A stretch of DNA of 64,000 nucleotides. Source: Patellaria atrata CBS 101060 (lineage: Eukaryota). The notes beneath the pieces are model-generated. The model was not told the origin of the DNA. It ran no database searches and saw nothing but the letters and a program-made list of their open reading frames with translations. Positions 34,366 to 47,876 of this stretch are shown piece after piece; position 1 is the stretch's first letter; each line of letters opens with the position of its first letter. The stretch is from NCBI GenBank assembly GCA_010093705.1, contig MU006091.1, positions 124,001-188,000 on the forward strand, written 5' to 3'. The position numbers and the translations under genes are program-made.

Positions 34366-36688
34366 ACAGTCTTACGCATATTATGGGTACGAGACGATTG
34401 GTATTGGAGATAGGGTGTTAAGGAAAGGCACAAATTGGAGAAGCACGCACGAGGAGAGGAATAAGCCGGCACCGGCGACGAGGAGGAGGAGGATAAGTGG
34501 TTTCGATTCATCTCGAGATTCGCACCGGATCTCGAGACGCTGAGGGTAGGTTGTCAGATCATCGTTCAGCGCAGACACAGTGGGCTGAGCGTGTATGGTG
34601 CTCGAAACGTGGTGTTGCTGCAGCGAAGAGAATAACGGGTAACGATAAGTTATGTGTATGCGTTGGCAAAAAAAAAAGCTATGAGAGAGACGAGTAAGCT
34701 TGTCGTCTCTACCTTACTGTACCTTAAGTTAGGTATGTACTGCGGCGGCGAACTGGGAGCTTGATTGGTGGGGTGAAGGGCGAAGCCAGCGCGAAAAGGC
34801 TCGAGTCAGCGCAACACAACAGAACTGGTGGAAAAAGGTGGATGAGCAATGAAATGAAGATTGGGCGAGGTACAGTACATTCTACTGTGGCAAAGAATAC
34901 GGCCCTACGACAGGCGGAATGAGGAGAATATTCAGTCGATATCCAGCAGATGGGCATTGGCATACTGTCCTATTGTGATAGATGCTGTACGGAGGAGTAT
35001 GAACTTGGAAACGCCAACTCATCGTATGCTGACCCTTCACACTTTAGACCCAAGGAGTCCAGGACCGCGAATCTGTGCGAATCAAAAGCTCAAAAGCTCC
35101 AAGACAGCCAAGCGCAGATGCACTTCTCTTGCTGTCTCGACCTTTTTAAGCCTCTTGCAGCTTCCCAAAGTCTGAAGTCTCATCGAAGAGTCAAAGGCCA
35201 TTCGGTCTCCTTAGTCTTCAGCCTGGAGGTAATGTATGCAACTGTCTGCACTTTTCCTTGGATCGCTTGAGACTCCGTCCATCCATTCCTCAACCTCCCA
35301 TCTACTGGGAGATTTGGTACGGTAAGGCTACCTTGTTGAGGAGCTGCCCAACATGTTCGTTTCAATGAGTCTCCGCATATGGAGTACTCCTACCAACATA
35401 TTGGATACCCTTTTATATACTTTGATCCGCTCTTCGAAGCAACGCCATTTCTGGTGACGGATAGACTGACTCGATAGTTGACGAGTATTCCGTCCTGAAA
35501 AGAAGCCTGTCATTCCATGTAGACGAGCTCGATAGCTTCCACGACCGCTGTCTCCTTTTAGTTGATAACGCAAAAAGTCCCTTCATCAGTTTCCTTTTAT
35601 TGCAAGGGAATTCGCATCTCAACCGCTTCGATGTACGGTAGCATGGCGAGAACGGACGTGATGCACGTCAAGGAGGTTGATGAGTTGGCACTTTGCTGCA
35701 CGTCGGTGCATTTGCATTAGCAGCTGCGAGCACTTGCAACCCCTAAAGACATCCACTGGCTGGAAAGCTCTGAGACTGCGACAAGACCCCATAGAGAAGC
35801 AGTCCCAACCTGTGAAGAGTGAAGACGCAATCCGCCGTGTCTTTTAACTTTCAGAGAAAGAAATTAAATTATTGAACATGCATATGTGCGTGTCTGAGTC
35901 CATGTCGTCAGCACGTCAGGACTGTTAGGCTGCTGTATACCCTTCTCTTTCAAGAATAGCACCTTGAAATCTGCAACCTCCCGAACTAGCCCTCATGGTA
36001 GTATACTCTACTTCCGCACATTTCCCGGTTGTACTTCGGCCATATTACTGTCGATTGAGAAATCTCCAGTAGAGTCTCGATTTGGCTTCTGCTAGAATAT
36101 CCAATTTGGACCTGTTAGGAGAACGTCCCCGGGGGTAGACCTTCAAAGCGCTTGTCGAAGATATCTGAGATGATGACATATATCACGTATAGATATATTT
36201 AGACGGTATTCCTTACCATAACATGAACAGACACCATGTAGATCATCCGAGCCGGGAACAAATAAGAAATCAACCATCTTGATTTATGGCTCTCGATGAT
36301 ATAATTTACTCAATGCTATAGGCTCGCAGACCCTATCGATATGACACTTGAAACAGAACTTGACGGTTGGTATCCTGTACGGATATTTTGACACATGGCT
36401 TAATGAAAGAGGCGTCGCGTGCCTACGACTTTTGTAAAGTCATCCAGTCAAATCTTACCGCGAGCAGGATTCTTTTGGTTTTGGATATCATATCCCGTTG
36501 TCCTCATTAGGACGTCTTACTTCCAACGAACTCTCCGCATCGCTTTGCATCATGTCTGTACTGCACTGTAAGACTATTGAGCTCTTTGTAAGGAACCGGA
36601 TTCCATAGTAGCCAGCCTTTCTGTACTAAGCGTAAAGCGACCTAGATGTGCTTACCATGAGGGATGAAGAGACAACGACGTTTAACCT

Positions 36689-38057
36689 TCAGTTCATAGC
36701 TTCTTTGAGAAGTGGTGCTACTCGTTTTCGACTGTGCTCTGCTTTTCGTTGTCTCCATATCTTTCTGAATTCGGAACTGCTGTCCGCGTCCTGAATGGAG
36801 CCTTCCCAGGCTTCCAAGTCCAGCTCATCGCCTGATGCTTCGACGAATTTCCTTGCTTTTTCAGATGCTTCTGGAGTCAAAGCCCACAAGAGCAATTGTC
36901 TTTGAAACTTTCCCGTGTCAGATGTTGAAGTGGTCATGATAGCATACATCTGCAGACCTCTATCGCCAGCAAACTCTTTCAATCGCGGTAATAGAACATC
37001 GCTTGCAGGTTTTTCTGGATCCTCTTGACCAGCCTTCTTTACAAGGTACTCAAGATCCTTGACCACTGAGCTGATTCCCAGGTTTAGATTGCCTACTGTC
37101 CACTGCTTGTAATCCTTTCTCAATATGTCTTGCAATCGTAAACTGTCAAGATTCTTCCTTGCCTTGTTTATTTCCTTATGGAATTTTGCCCTGTCAAATG
37201 AGACTGCGTCTTGACCTGATAATAACATAATCTTGGACTCAAGATACTGAACAGCTTGTACATCATGCTCCGTAACCTTGTCCTGGGACCGCAAATTGCT
37301 TGTATCCACTAGGATACTAGCCAGTGCCAGTTTCGCGAGTTGTGCGTCCCATCTTGCGGTCACGGAGCTGTCATCGGCAATATCGTGTCCTTGGGAGTGG
37401 GCCGCACCCAAAACCTTCGATAATTGTGACAATCCATCCCAGGCTTCGCGACAATACAGAGTTATTAAACTCGTGCAACTACCACTTTTCGTGATGATAT
37501 GAGGCTCCTTTCCCTCATCATCAATGCGTATCTTCCCTTCATCATCATGATGATCAATGACCCCTCGTATGCGGTCGGAATAGATGGATCCAAGCTTGCC
37601 TTGCAGTACGTTGTGATCTACAAGTATCCACCGTGTATTTGCAGGCGGAAGTTGCAAATCAATCTTAGAGAGGTCCGGTAGATCATCAAGAGTGATTAGG
37701 TGTTGAGGTTCGAGGTTCCCGTGTGGTAGGAGAGCTAGAAACTCGGGGCGAATCTTGATGTCATCGCGAAATATGTTTGTTAGAGGAATGTAAGTCGAGC
37801 CCGAGCCCGAGCTTAGTGAGCTGTTGCCAGGCGCTGTGGAACGAATATACGCATAAAGAAGCGAAGACGTTAAGGAATCAAGATCTAAAGGCACCGTCAG
37901 CCAAATAAAACTGCTGAATGGAAAATGGGCAAAATTACTTGCCAGCGGATTCGTTGCCGATAACAATCGTGACAGGTTTTTGATGCACTATTGCATCTCG
38001 CAACAGAGCCTTAGAAGTGACTAAGAAGTTTCGAAGCGAGGTTTGTGGTAAGGACAT
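36689..38057 (-). CDS. PPX1: Exopolyphosphatase (DHH/Prune family); one intron after GNESA
   Basis: IVIGNESA/DLDS, LVDHN, IDHH, GSCTSL, ILVDT, LRKDYK, SRKRVAP. Confidence 0.9.
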
Positions 38058-38675
38058 AGTATATATAGAAAGTTCAAATATCTTTGATTGCCTAGAGAGA
38101 AGGTGCTGTGATTCTGAAATAGTAATTTTTGGGGTATAGGTAATCAGTGCCCGACGTCACCACTCATCCCCACTAACAACTGAATGCCAAGATTGAACCA
38201 TTCTAATTCTTCATACAACTGAGGAATCCGATAGAACACACAATATGCGCTTAATAGAGTAGCTGGAGAATAATGCCCATGGAGAATGATTTCTAGATAT
38301 CTACTAGACCAGACCAGGTATTACGCGTCGAATTATTTGGTGGAACGTTAAGAAAATTCTCTCACAAGAGTCCAGTATCTTCCCCCTTCCCCTCAGCCAT
38401 TCCCCCCACCCACCTCACCTCTTGAACGGAGAATCTGACAGACCTCTTTACGAACAGGTCTCCGCTTCAATGAGATTTCTGGAATGATAACTAGTATGCC
38501 AGTGGTAGGGGAACATCGTTGATGTAGGAGGAGACTTGTCCGTTCTCTATGCCATCCAAGTAGAGACTGCTCTGATACAACCTGAATTCACCCCAATGAC
38601 GAATAAATGGATGCATAGAGGGTGTCGGATACAAACATTACAGTTCTTGGACGAGCAGGAGGAGAATGACTTTCC

Positions 38676-39486
38676 CTAGAGGCCTAATTCTATGCTCCCT
38701 TGCGGCACCTCTCTGATACTCCTAAGTCTTCTTGACAAGAATTGCATTATAGGTAGCATCTCATCTCTGCTTGAGGGCATGCCATCTGCATTCTTTTTCC
38801 ACTCTTTGATATCAACGAATTCGAAGGAGCTCTTCAGTCTCTCTTTTTCCGCGGGGGTTACCGCTGAATTTCTCATTCCTTTACAGATCATAACCGGGGT
38901 TTTGCATTTCGGAGTCAACGATGGGGGCGAAGTGTGTGGTAATATGCCGCCAATAGCTATAACGCCTCCAAATTCGTTCTTGCGCAGTTCAACAGCCGTA
39001 CCCAGTGCAAGTATGGCGCCCTGCCCATAGCCAAAAAGTATGATGTCGCGCAATCTATATCCGCATTTTTCCATAAGTACGTCGTGAACGAGATTCCTCG
39101 CCAGCAGTTCAGTGGACGAAATGAATCCTGTATCAACTTCCATCTCGCCTGTTGACTGATCGAAGATAAGATCGTCGCCCCAATGGAAACCCCCTAGGTC
39201 AAACGGAAGTGGTGTCGGTGCTCTTAACGATATGCAAAGTGTTTCCGGCAGATTCATTTGCCTCCCAAGTGCTGTAAAAGCGTCATTTGTATCGCCTAAG
39301 CCATGGAGGAGAACGAGAATATTAGTTGCGGGATGTGATTGTGGAGCTATTGATCACTCATTAGCTGCTGGAGCCATCAGCACATGTTGCTTGCGAGTGG
39401 ATCGCCAAAGATTCCCACATACGGGATATGATGGTTGCTTGGACTGCAGAAGGAAAATCTCTCGAAGTTGGTACCCTAGGAAGCAT
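38676..39486 (-). CDS. Phospholipase/carboxylesterase (acyl-protein thioesterase-like) family protein; one intron
   Basis: Spliced N-terminus MLPRVPTSRDF...NILVLLHGLGD; FHWGDD; ILFGYGQGA at the nucleophile elbow. Confidence 0.8.
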
Positions 39487-40087
39487 TTCGTACTGAATTC
39501 GTACAGATGTATTATTACGTCTCTAAGCCCGCAGGAGCTGGAGGTGAACCGCAGATGGCTGGCAAGAAAGAAAGAGTACGTTATAATTTTAGCTTTGCTA
39601 AGCTTTGTTCTTGGAAAAGCTTAGCATTAATATCCCTGCAATACTGCTTAAGTTCAAGCATGTGTAACTTTCATCGCTATCCAGCTCAATAGACCTTCGT
39701 CGCCCTTTACCAATAACCGTACATATTTGCCATTGTTCAAAACACTAGTTTACCCTAAAAAGAATTACTCTGACCAATAATCAGAGATTGTAAACATAGT
39801 AACTTGCGTAATCGTACTGCTTCAGCTGTCTGACTCTCGCTATCCACTAAGTATGGCCATGTATGAACGACTTAGCTCGTCTAGCTACTGGTAAAGGTCT
39901 GGGAAAGCTAAGTGAGAGTTGTGATGACGAATTTATGCAGCAGTCTATGTATAGTAGATTTTTCACTTTAAAAATTGGAGCACACATACCTCTGCTTCTA
40001 CCTGTTACTTTTGTCAATCCTTAAAAAATAAGCAGTAGACATTTATCTTTCAGAGATTTGATATAATATACAATAAAGTTCATCAGC

Positions 40088-40603
40088 ATGGTATTTGGTT
40101 GGGGTAAGGATAGCGTCTAAACTGTCTCGTTGAGGATGTTGCCTGGACCTGTCCTGAACTGATTGCGATATAGGTGAATCAGAAAACGCATACGATAAGG
40201 TCTACAATAATGACCGACCAACCGAGGCAAGTCTTGGACATGAAGTGCTAGCTGGAGGAGCAGCTTTCGCGGGATTAAAAGTCTTTGAGGATCACCAGAG
40301 GAAGAAGAGTAAGTCTATCATACACTCCAAATGAAACGTAGCGGTGCTAAAAGTGGAACAGGCAAACCTGTCTCCCACGCGTTGGCCAAAGAGCTCCTAG
40401 CCGGTTTTGCAGCGGCCGAAGTTGACAAGCTTGTCGAAACGAAGGGTGAGGATGCCTTTGATAGAGAAAGGGCGAAGCACCAAGCGAAGAAGAGCGCCGA
40501 GCGCATGTATGATGAGCACTATATCAATGATCAAGGGGCAGATCAATATGACCCGAACCAATATGGTGCTCCCGCAAGACTGCAGCAGCGACGGTGGGAT
40601 TGA
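40088..40603 (+). CDS. cipC: CipC-like (DUF3759) protein; 3 exons
   Basis: MVFGW / HEVLAGGAAFAGLKVFEDHQRK / KPVSHALAKELLAGFAAAEVDKLVETKG. Confidence 0.88.
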
Positions 40604-41049
40604 TTGAATCTAGAGGTGTGTGTTAGAATAGTCTCATGATGAATTTTGGTTTACCTTTGGATTGTATGCATAGAGTAATCAGCATCTGGGAGCCAGATAA
40701 GCGTCGATATATACTATGTACCTTACTAAGGTATACATCACAATAGAATGACTACTATCTCCACCAGGAAAGTTAGTTTGCTTTTTTTTCTTTTTTTATG
40801 GATGGCGGGGCAACGTAAAGTGTTTCTCTCGGACGCCGTAGTTCTAGCCAAGGGTCTCCCATTCGGCTTCAACTGCTGCACTGTTACGCAATGTCAAAAT
40901 CGGTCAACACTGATCAATTGGCCTGCAAGCACCACTTTACCAACTATTGATATTTGTGCGATGACATCTGTGTCCCCAAATTATCATTCACCCTAGCCAA
41001 ACCCTGAACCGGCTTCCATGCGCGGGGTTAAGTGCGTTCACAAGTGGTC

Positions 41050-44000
41050 ATGAAATTTGCAAAGTAAGTAGATTTATGGTTGTAGTCATGGTGGAAGACG
41101 TCAATTGATCCGAAATACCTAGGGAATTAGAGAACGAGCTCGTTCCTGAATGGAGAGCAAAGTACCTCGATTATAAGGTTTGTGCATTGTAGTCTCTGAG
41201 AGCTCATTGCGTCCTATCTTACTGATATTTTGCCTCGTAGCTTGGGAAAAAGAAACTCAAGGCCGTCGCGCGAGCCCTTCGTACCGTCAACCAAACTCCT
41301 AGGAATATATTGAATAGAAGACCAAATACGTTTACTCCGTCCCCTTTCGAAACAGCACCAAAGTACTCCTTCATAAATAGAGCGTATCCCGACCAACGAG
41401 CGACACCTAACGGTGGGCCTGCTCAAGACCTCCGGAAGAGCCTTGCGATAAGTAGGAGTCGGAGCTTTCGTGGGGTCACTGGTCACGATGGGTCGATCGA
41501 ACCCTCTGAGATTCCGTCGGGTGCAAATCCTGAAGAACTTCCCTTAAGGGGGGCCAATACAGATGATGCCAGACCTGATCGTATGACAAGGTATGGGAGC
41601 ATCATTGGTAGCCCCCCTTCGAATAAAAGTACACAGACATACAACGGAGGTCGGAAACCTCCCACATTGGAGTTACCTGATCCGGCGCTAGATCCTGATG
41701 AGTCCTCCTCGATCATTAGATCGGGTAGACCGGCCTTTCCAGCCAACGGAAAGAGTCGCTCTGGTGTGTCCGACAGTTCTACAAACGCGTTTGAAGTTGG
41801 CAAGACGAAACAACCGCCATCAGGTTCTAAGAACAATAACACGTTGCCAGCGAAATACCGGAGCATATTCAAACCGCAGCGTGTTAATTCCATGCCTCCA
41901 GTCGAAGGACCACGGCCTTTTATGAAGAGAATCATGTCACTAGGTGGCACCCGCTCACCGGGTATTCCAAGAGATACCGATGTCCCCCTTGAGGCTTATC
42001 GTGAGGTAGATATTCGCCAGGCCGAGTTTTTCAACTTCCTTGACCTTGAGCTGGAAAAGATCGAAGGTTTCTACAAACACAAAGAGGAGGAAGCTACCGA
42101 ACGACTCAAGATTTTAAGAGAACAATTACACTTTATGAGAGATCGTCGCTTAGAGGAGCTAATTTCTACTCAGACAGCGAAATTCAAACCCAAACGTCAC
42201 CCTGGAGGGCCAGCAGAATATGAAGATGGGCCCTCCGACGATGAGACCGGCGAAGGACCTAGCCGCTATCCAAATATAGGTTGGTTGAGACCACTGGACG
42301 GGGCGCTCGAAGCGGCAAAGGAAGCTGCCAAACAAGGAAGATTCGGGAAGAATACCAAGGCTATGGGAGAATTAGGAACACCCACAGCTCTGCGTCCGCA
42401 AAGGTTAGATGCTCGAAGAGACTATTCAAGAAGACCGGAACCATCTGAAGTACCATACCGTACGGCAAAGCGCAAATTGAAGGTGGCGCTCCAAGAGTAC
42501 TATCGCGGTTTGGAGCTGTTGAAATCGTACGCTTTACTTAATAGGAAAGCATTTTTGAAAATCAACAAGAAGTATGATAAGACAGTCAATGCTCGACCCT
42601 CGAATCGCTATATGACCGAAAAAGTAAATAAAAGCTGGTTTAATCAAAGCGAAGTCATTGACGGCCACATCCGGGTAGTAGAAGACCTATATGCCCGGTA
42701 CTTCGAGGGTGGGAATCACAAAGTCGCAGTCGGAAAGCTCCGGGTCAAAACTTCTAGAGCTGGAGACTACACTGGTAGTGTCTTCCGCAATGGCCTTATG
42801 ACCGCAACTGGTATAATCTTCGGAATAGAGGGGATTATAAGAGGTGCAGAGCTTGAGTCATCCCCTAATAGAACCCTTGCAACGAGGACAAGTTACTTGT
42901 TACAGGTATGTTCCTATGATTAATAAGGGAATTTGAGTACTAAATTTTCCTTAGGTGTATGCTGGTTACTTTCTCATGTTACTACTCATGCTCTTTTTTA
43001 GTTTAGATTGTCGAGTTATGAGCCATGCGAAGATAAATTACTCTTTCGTTTTCGAATTCGATACCCGCTCAGTTCTGGATTGGAGAGAATTATCTGAGGT
43101 AGGATACCATCCTCCTTGATTGATGCTCTATTAACGTATACTAGTTACCGTGTTTCTTTTTAATGTTAAATGGCATTTTTATTTGGCTGAACTTTAATGA
43201 GTTCGGCTCGAGCGCGTTATATACGTATTATCCCGTTATTCTTATCTCGATCTCCATCATCGTGATTCTTTTACCCGTCCGTATACTTTATCATAAAAGT
43301 CGTCAATGGCTGTTGTACTCTGGCGTAAGTATGAACATCTGCTAATTTCGACATAGCTAACCTCTCTAAGTGGCGACTCCTTTTAGCTGGCTTATATCCA
43401 GTTGAATTCCGAGATTTCTTCCTGGGTGACATGTTCTGTTCATTGACATATACTATGGGGGTATGTATGCATTTCAACTTATCAACACACACCGCTGATT
43501 GGCGTTGCAGAATATCGAGTTGTTTTTCTGTCTGTATGCTCGGGGATGGAACCAACCTGTTCAATGCAACTCCAACCATTCAAGGCTGCTTGGGTTTCTT
43601 GCATGCCTTCCGGGTATCTGGCGTGCCCTTCAATGTATACGACGTTATGTCGATACTCGCAATGTCTTTCCCCATCTCGTTAACTGCGGAAAATATAGCT
43701 TTACAATTCTCTTCTACATGTCTTTGAGCTTGTATCGAATCAATAAGACATCCTCTTTAAAAGCGCTATTTATCTTCTTCGGGACGGTAAATTCTATATA
43801 CTGCTGTAAGTAAATCGGTGATTATAATTTGTCGACTCCGTCTAATACCTTTAGCTATATGGGATCTCGTGATGGATTGGAGTAAGCTCCATACCCTTGA
43901 TAATTATTGTAGTTCATGCTAATTGTGTCAGGTCTCGGCGATCCCTACGCGAAATACCCTTTTTTGCGTGAAACACTTGGATATAAAAGAGTCTGGTGGT

Positions 44001-44671
44001 ACTATGCAGCCATGATAATTGACCCTATTCTCAGATTCAATTGGATATTCTATGCTATCTATGCGCGCGACCTCCAGCATTCAGCATTACTCTCATTTCT
44101 TGTATCCTTATCCGAAGTGTTTCGTAGGGGTATGTGGAGTTTGTTCCGGATTGAAAATGAACATTGCACCAATGTTGGCCGTTTCCGGGCATCACGAGAC
44201 GTACCGCTTCCTTATGAGATCGACAGTGAGGAGGAGAGTCAAGAAGCGCTTGCACCTAGCTTGACCGATACGCAACGCGATGCAACACCTGGGTTACATC
44301 ATACTTCAACAAGAGCACGCGCCACCGGTGTGGATGTCGAGGAAGGAAGGGCTGGAGATTCTCAGAGTTCAACTCGTCGTCGCATGAGCTTCTATGGGTC
44401 CTCCCCTATGTTCCGGGGCCTAAGTCGTGTGGGAAATATCCTGCATACAGCACACGCCCAGGACTTTGAGAGAAAACGCAAGCCAGAGCTTTCTGGCGGT
44501 AAAGGCTCCATCGAAGACGAAGCTGACGCGTCTAGTGATGAGGAGGATGGTGAGGATGCAGGAACAGCCAATGTACACGATGAGAGGGATGAAGAACAGG
44601 TAGCTTTAGCTGAGGGTTTACTTGATGAAGAAGAAGGCGGCACTCCTGACTCACCTCGAGGAGACCATTAA
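41050..44671 (+). CDS. SYG1: SPX-EXS domain membrane protein (Syg1/XPR1/PHO1 family), multi-exon
   Basis: MKFAK/ELENELVPEWRAKYLDYK, LNRKAFLKINKKYDK, VEFRDFFLGDMFCSL, PHLVNCGKY, EVFRRGMWSLFRIENEHCTNVGRFRASRDVPLPY. Confidence 0.93.
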
Positions 44672-44987
44672 GATCTGTATTAGTCCTCAAGGTACAATAA
44701 CTCTGAAGTAAAATTAGATACTACATTCCATTGCAGAACTAATGTGACCATCACCGAGGAGGAAGATATGTGCTACCGTCAATACATAATCCCAATAGAA
44801 TAATGATTGTTAGTCGTAACTTAACGTCTTAGCACTGTCCGGTTCCTACTCGTCATAGGGGAGTTCCAGAAGCACTATGGGGGCTATAATCGATCTAAAC
44901 GTCAACGACTTGACGCCCGCCATCGAGATTCACTAAGATCGGCAACAACCTTACGATGGCCTCAAGTTTATAGCGAAAAGTTCTAGC

Positions 44988-45027
44988 CTTAGAAGAGTAG
45001 TTTTAAGCTTAGAAGAGTGGTTTTAAC
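44988..45027 (+). repeat. 20-bp imperfect tandem duplication upstream of the esterase gene
   Basis: CTTAGAAGAGTAGTTTTAAG followed by CTTAGAAGAGTGGTTTTAAC. Confidence 0.8.
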
Positions 45028-45079
45028 CTCAGCAGATGGCTATTAACATGGCCAATACAGCTATTTCACCACGCAAAAT

Positions 45080-46108
45080 ATGCTCACTCTAATGCGAGAG
45101 GAATCAATGATCCAAGTAATCGAACGAAATGAGCGAAGTTTTTTAATGAGGATATTGCAAGTATTCCTCCGTCCTTTTGGCCACCGTCTTATCTCTTCGA
45201 ATAATACGACTCCAGCTGGTTCGCAACATTTAAGTCCCCATCGTACGATAATGAAGCAATGCACAGTCACCGAGCGTGAGGTGGAAGGCCTCTTCATTTA
45301 TGACCTGGAACCCAAGTCCCCGCCAGCAGTATTTCAGCAACACAAACCGTACAGAATATATTATTTCGGTGGTGGAGGCTGGCAGATGCCCCCTTCCAGC
45401 GAGCACTGGAAAATGGGCTGCGAACTATGTATGCAACTTTCAGACGTAACAACCAGTCTGGTCTCCTATCCTCTCGGTCCACACAGTCCCGCTCCCGTCG
45501 CTTTCCCACAGTTGCTTACGATGTACCGCTCGCTGATGCGTTCGGCCTACGAGGCTGGAGAAACTGTGACATTGATGGGCGACTCGGCAGGCGGTAACGT
45601 CATTCTGGCCCTCACGATAGAGGCGTTGAGACAACATCCAGACAGTCTTGCCCCGAAGTCCCTATTTGTGATATGTCCATCTACAGATTTGACGCGCGAA
45701 AATCCCGCGATCCGTGAACTTGAGCCGATGGATCCGTTGCTAGACTATAAGTCTGTTCTCTCGTCGGCCAAAAATTGGGCTGGAGGATGGGATCGAGCAG
45801 ATCCCCGGGTATCACCTCTCTTTGCAGATATAGCTCTTCTGGCCGCTGCGAATGTTAAGGTCAATGGCATAACTGCTGGCTACGATGTGCTAAGCCCAGA
45901 TGCCATCTTATTCAGGGAAAGGTGTGCAAAGGCTGGTATTCAAGGAAAGTGGTTACACTGGGAAAAACAGATGCATTGCTTTGTGTTAGCATGGGTGTAT
46001 GGTTTGAGGGAATCTAAAGAGGCGAAGGACTGGATGATTGAGACCTTGAGGAAAGTGTTTACGTCTGATACGAAAGTAAAGACAGCTAACGATGGGATAA
46101 ATACCTGA
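45080..46108 (+). CDS. Alpha/beta hydrolase (HSL-like esterase/lipase)
   Basis: GGGW oxyanion motif, GDSAGG nucleophile, DVL.PD and QMHCF. Confidence 0.88.
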   Translation: MLTLMREESMIQVIERNERSFLMRILQVFLRPFGHRLISSNNTTPAGSQHLSPHRTIMKQCTVTEREVEGLFIYDLEPKSPPAVFQQHKPYRIYYFGGGGWQMPPSSEHWKMGCELCMQLSDVTTSLVSYPLGPHSPAPVAFPQLLTMYRSLMRSAYEAGETVTLMGDSAGGNVILALTIEALRQHPDSLAPKSLFVICPSTDLTRENPAIRELEPMDPLLDYKSVLSSAKNWAGGWDRADPRVSPLFADIALLAAANVKVNGITAGYDVLSPDAILFRERCAKAGIQGKWLHWEKQMHCFVLAWVYGLRESKEAKDWMIETLRKVFTSDTKVKTANDGINT

Positions 46109-46759
46109 TTTGTCATGACCCCGGAAGGAACATAAAAAAGGACATCACCATTCTTCTAGTTCTAGCAGATTACAGCATTTTTACGGACGTGTAGTCATTT
46201 GTATAGTCTAGTTGGTATATAAAATTCCCGCCTTGCTGATGAGATTTTATGTTACTTTTGCGTTGCGACCCCTATTGTGTTTGGCGTTATCCCTTATAAG
46301 TTCTGTTTCAGCTTCCTGTTTAGTTCTAGCACATCGGTACCTCACTCTCCATTCAAAGGCTCAACCGGGCCTAAGCAATACTTTGTACATTACAACCTTC
46401 CTTTAACTCCTACTGCACAACATTGCATCCCGCGTTTCTATTGGCTTTGTGTTTCAATACACCCGATTTTACAGCTGCACTGGAACTACTTGGTGGGATG
46501 ATGCGCAGCCTATACGCGCGCTGCTCTGGTGCACGATTGACGAATCCTGGAGAGGAGTCGCCTTCCGGACGTTTCACGTGGGCCAGTCGATGGTAAGAAA
46601 GTCTCTAGGGATGAAAGAGCTAGGGAAATTTGGGGATTTGTGGACTCAAATAGGGACAGACGAGAGACTGAATTCGACAGTATATAAGACAGGTGTCTCA
46701 GTATCCTTAGACCCGCTGTCTCAGTATTTCAGGGCGAGAGGCTATTGAGTGTTGACAGA

Positions 46760-47739
46760 ATGTGGACTCCATTCATCTATCTTTTACTGGCAGGAACCTC
46801 GACGGCCATTAAGGTGGTCCAGTCAAACGATGATGGTTGGGCTGTGAGCAACGTACGAACGCTTTTCGACGTTTTGACAGCTGCGGGACATGATGTGATC
46901 CTTTCTGCCCCTGCGGAGAACAAATCGGGATCAAGTAAGCTTATCTTCTTTCTCTTCTTCACATTATTCATATTCCCTATACCATTCCATTTCATTCACT
47001 GAAACTGATATTTCCAAAAGGCTCCCTTGACGTTCCACCAACACCCCGTACCTCCCCTTGCCAATTCAATTCCTGTCCTGCCAACAGTCCCGCTACTGGC
47101 TTCAATGCATCCAACCCACGGCTCAACTACGTAAATTCCTATCCCGTAACTTCTATCAGATACGGAATATCTACCGTAGCTCCCAAATTCTTCGGCTCAG
47201 CCAAACCCGAACTTGCCGTTACTGGTCCTAACGTAGGATCCAACCTCGGGATCCAGGTTCCCTTTTCGGGCACCGTCGGCACCGCCGTATATGCCGCGCA
47301 TGAGGCAAAGATACCCGCAATCGCATTTTCCGGAAAGTCTGATGCCGAAGCACCGTGGAATGGGCCTACACCGCTTTTTAGCAAAGTGTATGCTGACCTC
47401 GCTCTCAACCTGACGTCGAAAATTATAGCATCCGGAAAACCGTACCTTCCGGATGATGTATTCTTGAACGTTAACTTCCCCGAGGTAACGGAAACGCGTT
47501 GCAATAACGCTCAGCAGTTCAAGTTCGTAGCTAGCAGGATCTATCCGGGATGGATCTCCCCACCTGATGCAGCAACATGCGGATCTACACGATTGCCACA
47601 GGAGTCAACAGTCGTTGGGACTACGGGTTGCTATGTCAGTGTAAGCTTCGGAGATGCAACCGATAAGACTGATACAGAGGCCGCGAAGCAGAGGATTGTG
47701 CTAGATAAATTGAGTGGTCTCTTGACTTGTTTACCGTAG
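46760..47739 (+). CDS. surE: Secreted SurE-family 5'/3'-nucleotidase / acid phosphatase; intron 46935-47020
   Basis: Signal peptide, SNDDGW, SAPAENKSG, GPNVGSN, SGTVG, FLNVNFP. Confidence 0.9.
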
Positions 47740-47876
47740 ATTGGATGATTTGGCTACTGTAGTTGAACAGATCAATATTCTTTGCACATTTCCAAGAGCT
47801 TCTTGCTTTTTGGGTTCTTCACTAACCGTTGAGATTTCCCTGGAAGTTCATGCTCTGCAGCAGCTATAAAATAAGC

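Noticed and set aside
34700..36600. Short ORFs between the large gene and PPX1
   Set aside because: All about 60-106 aa, mutually overlapping, no motifs or clear splice structure
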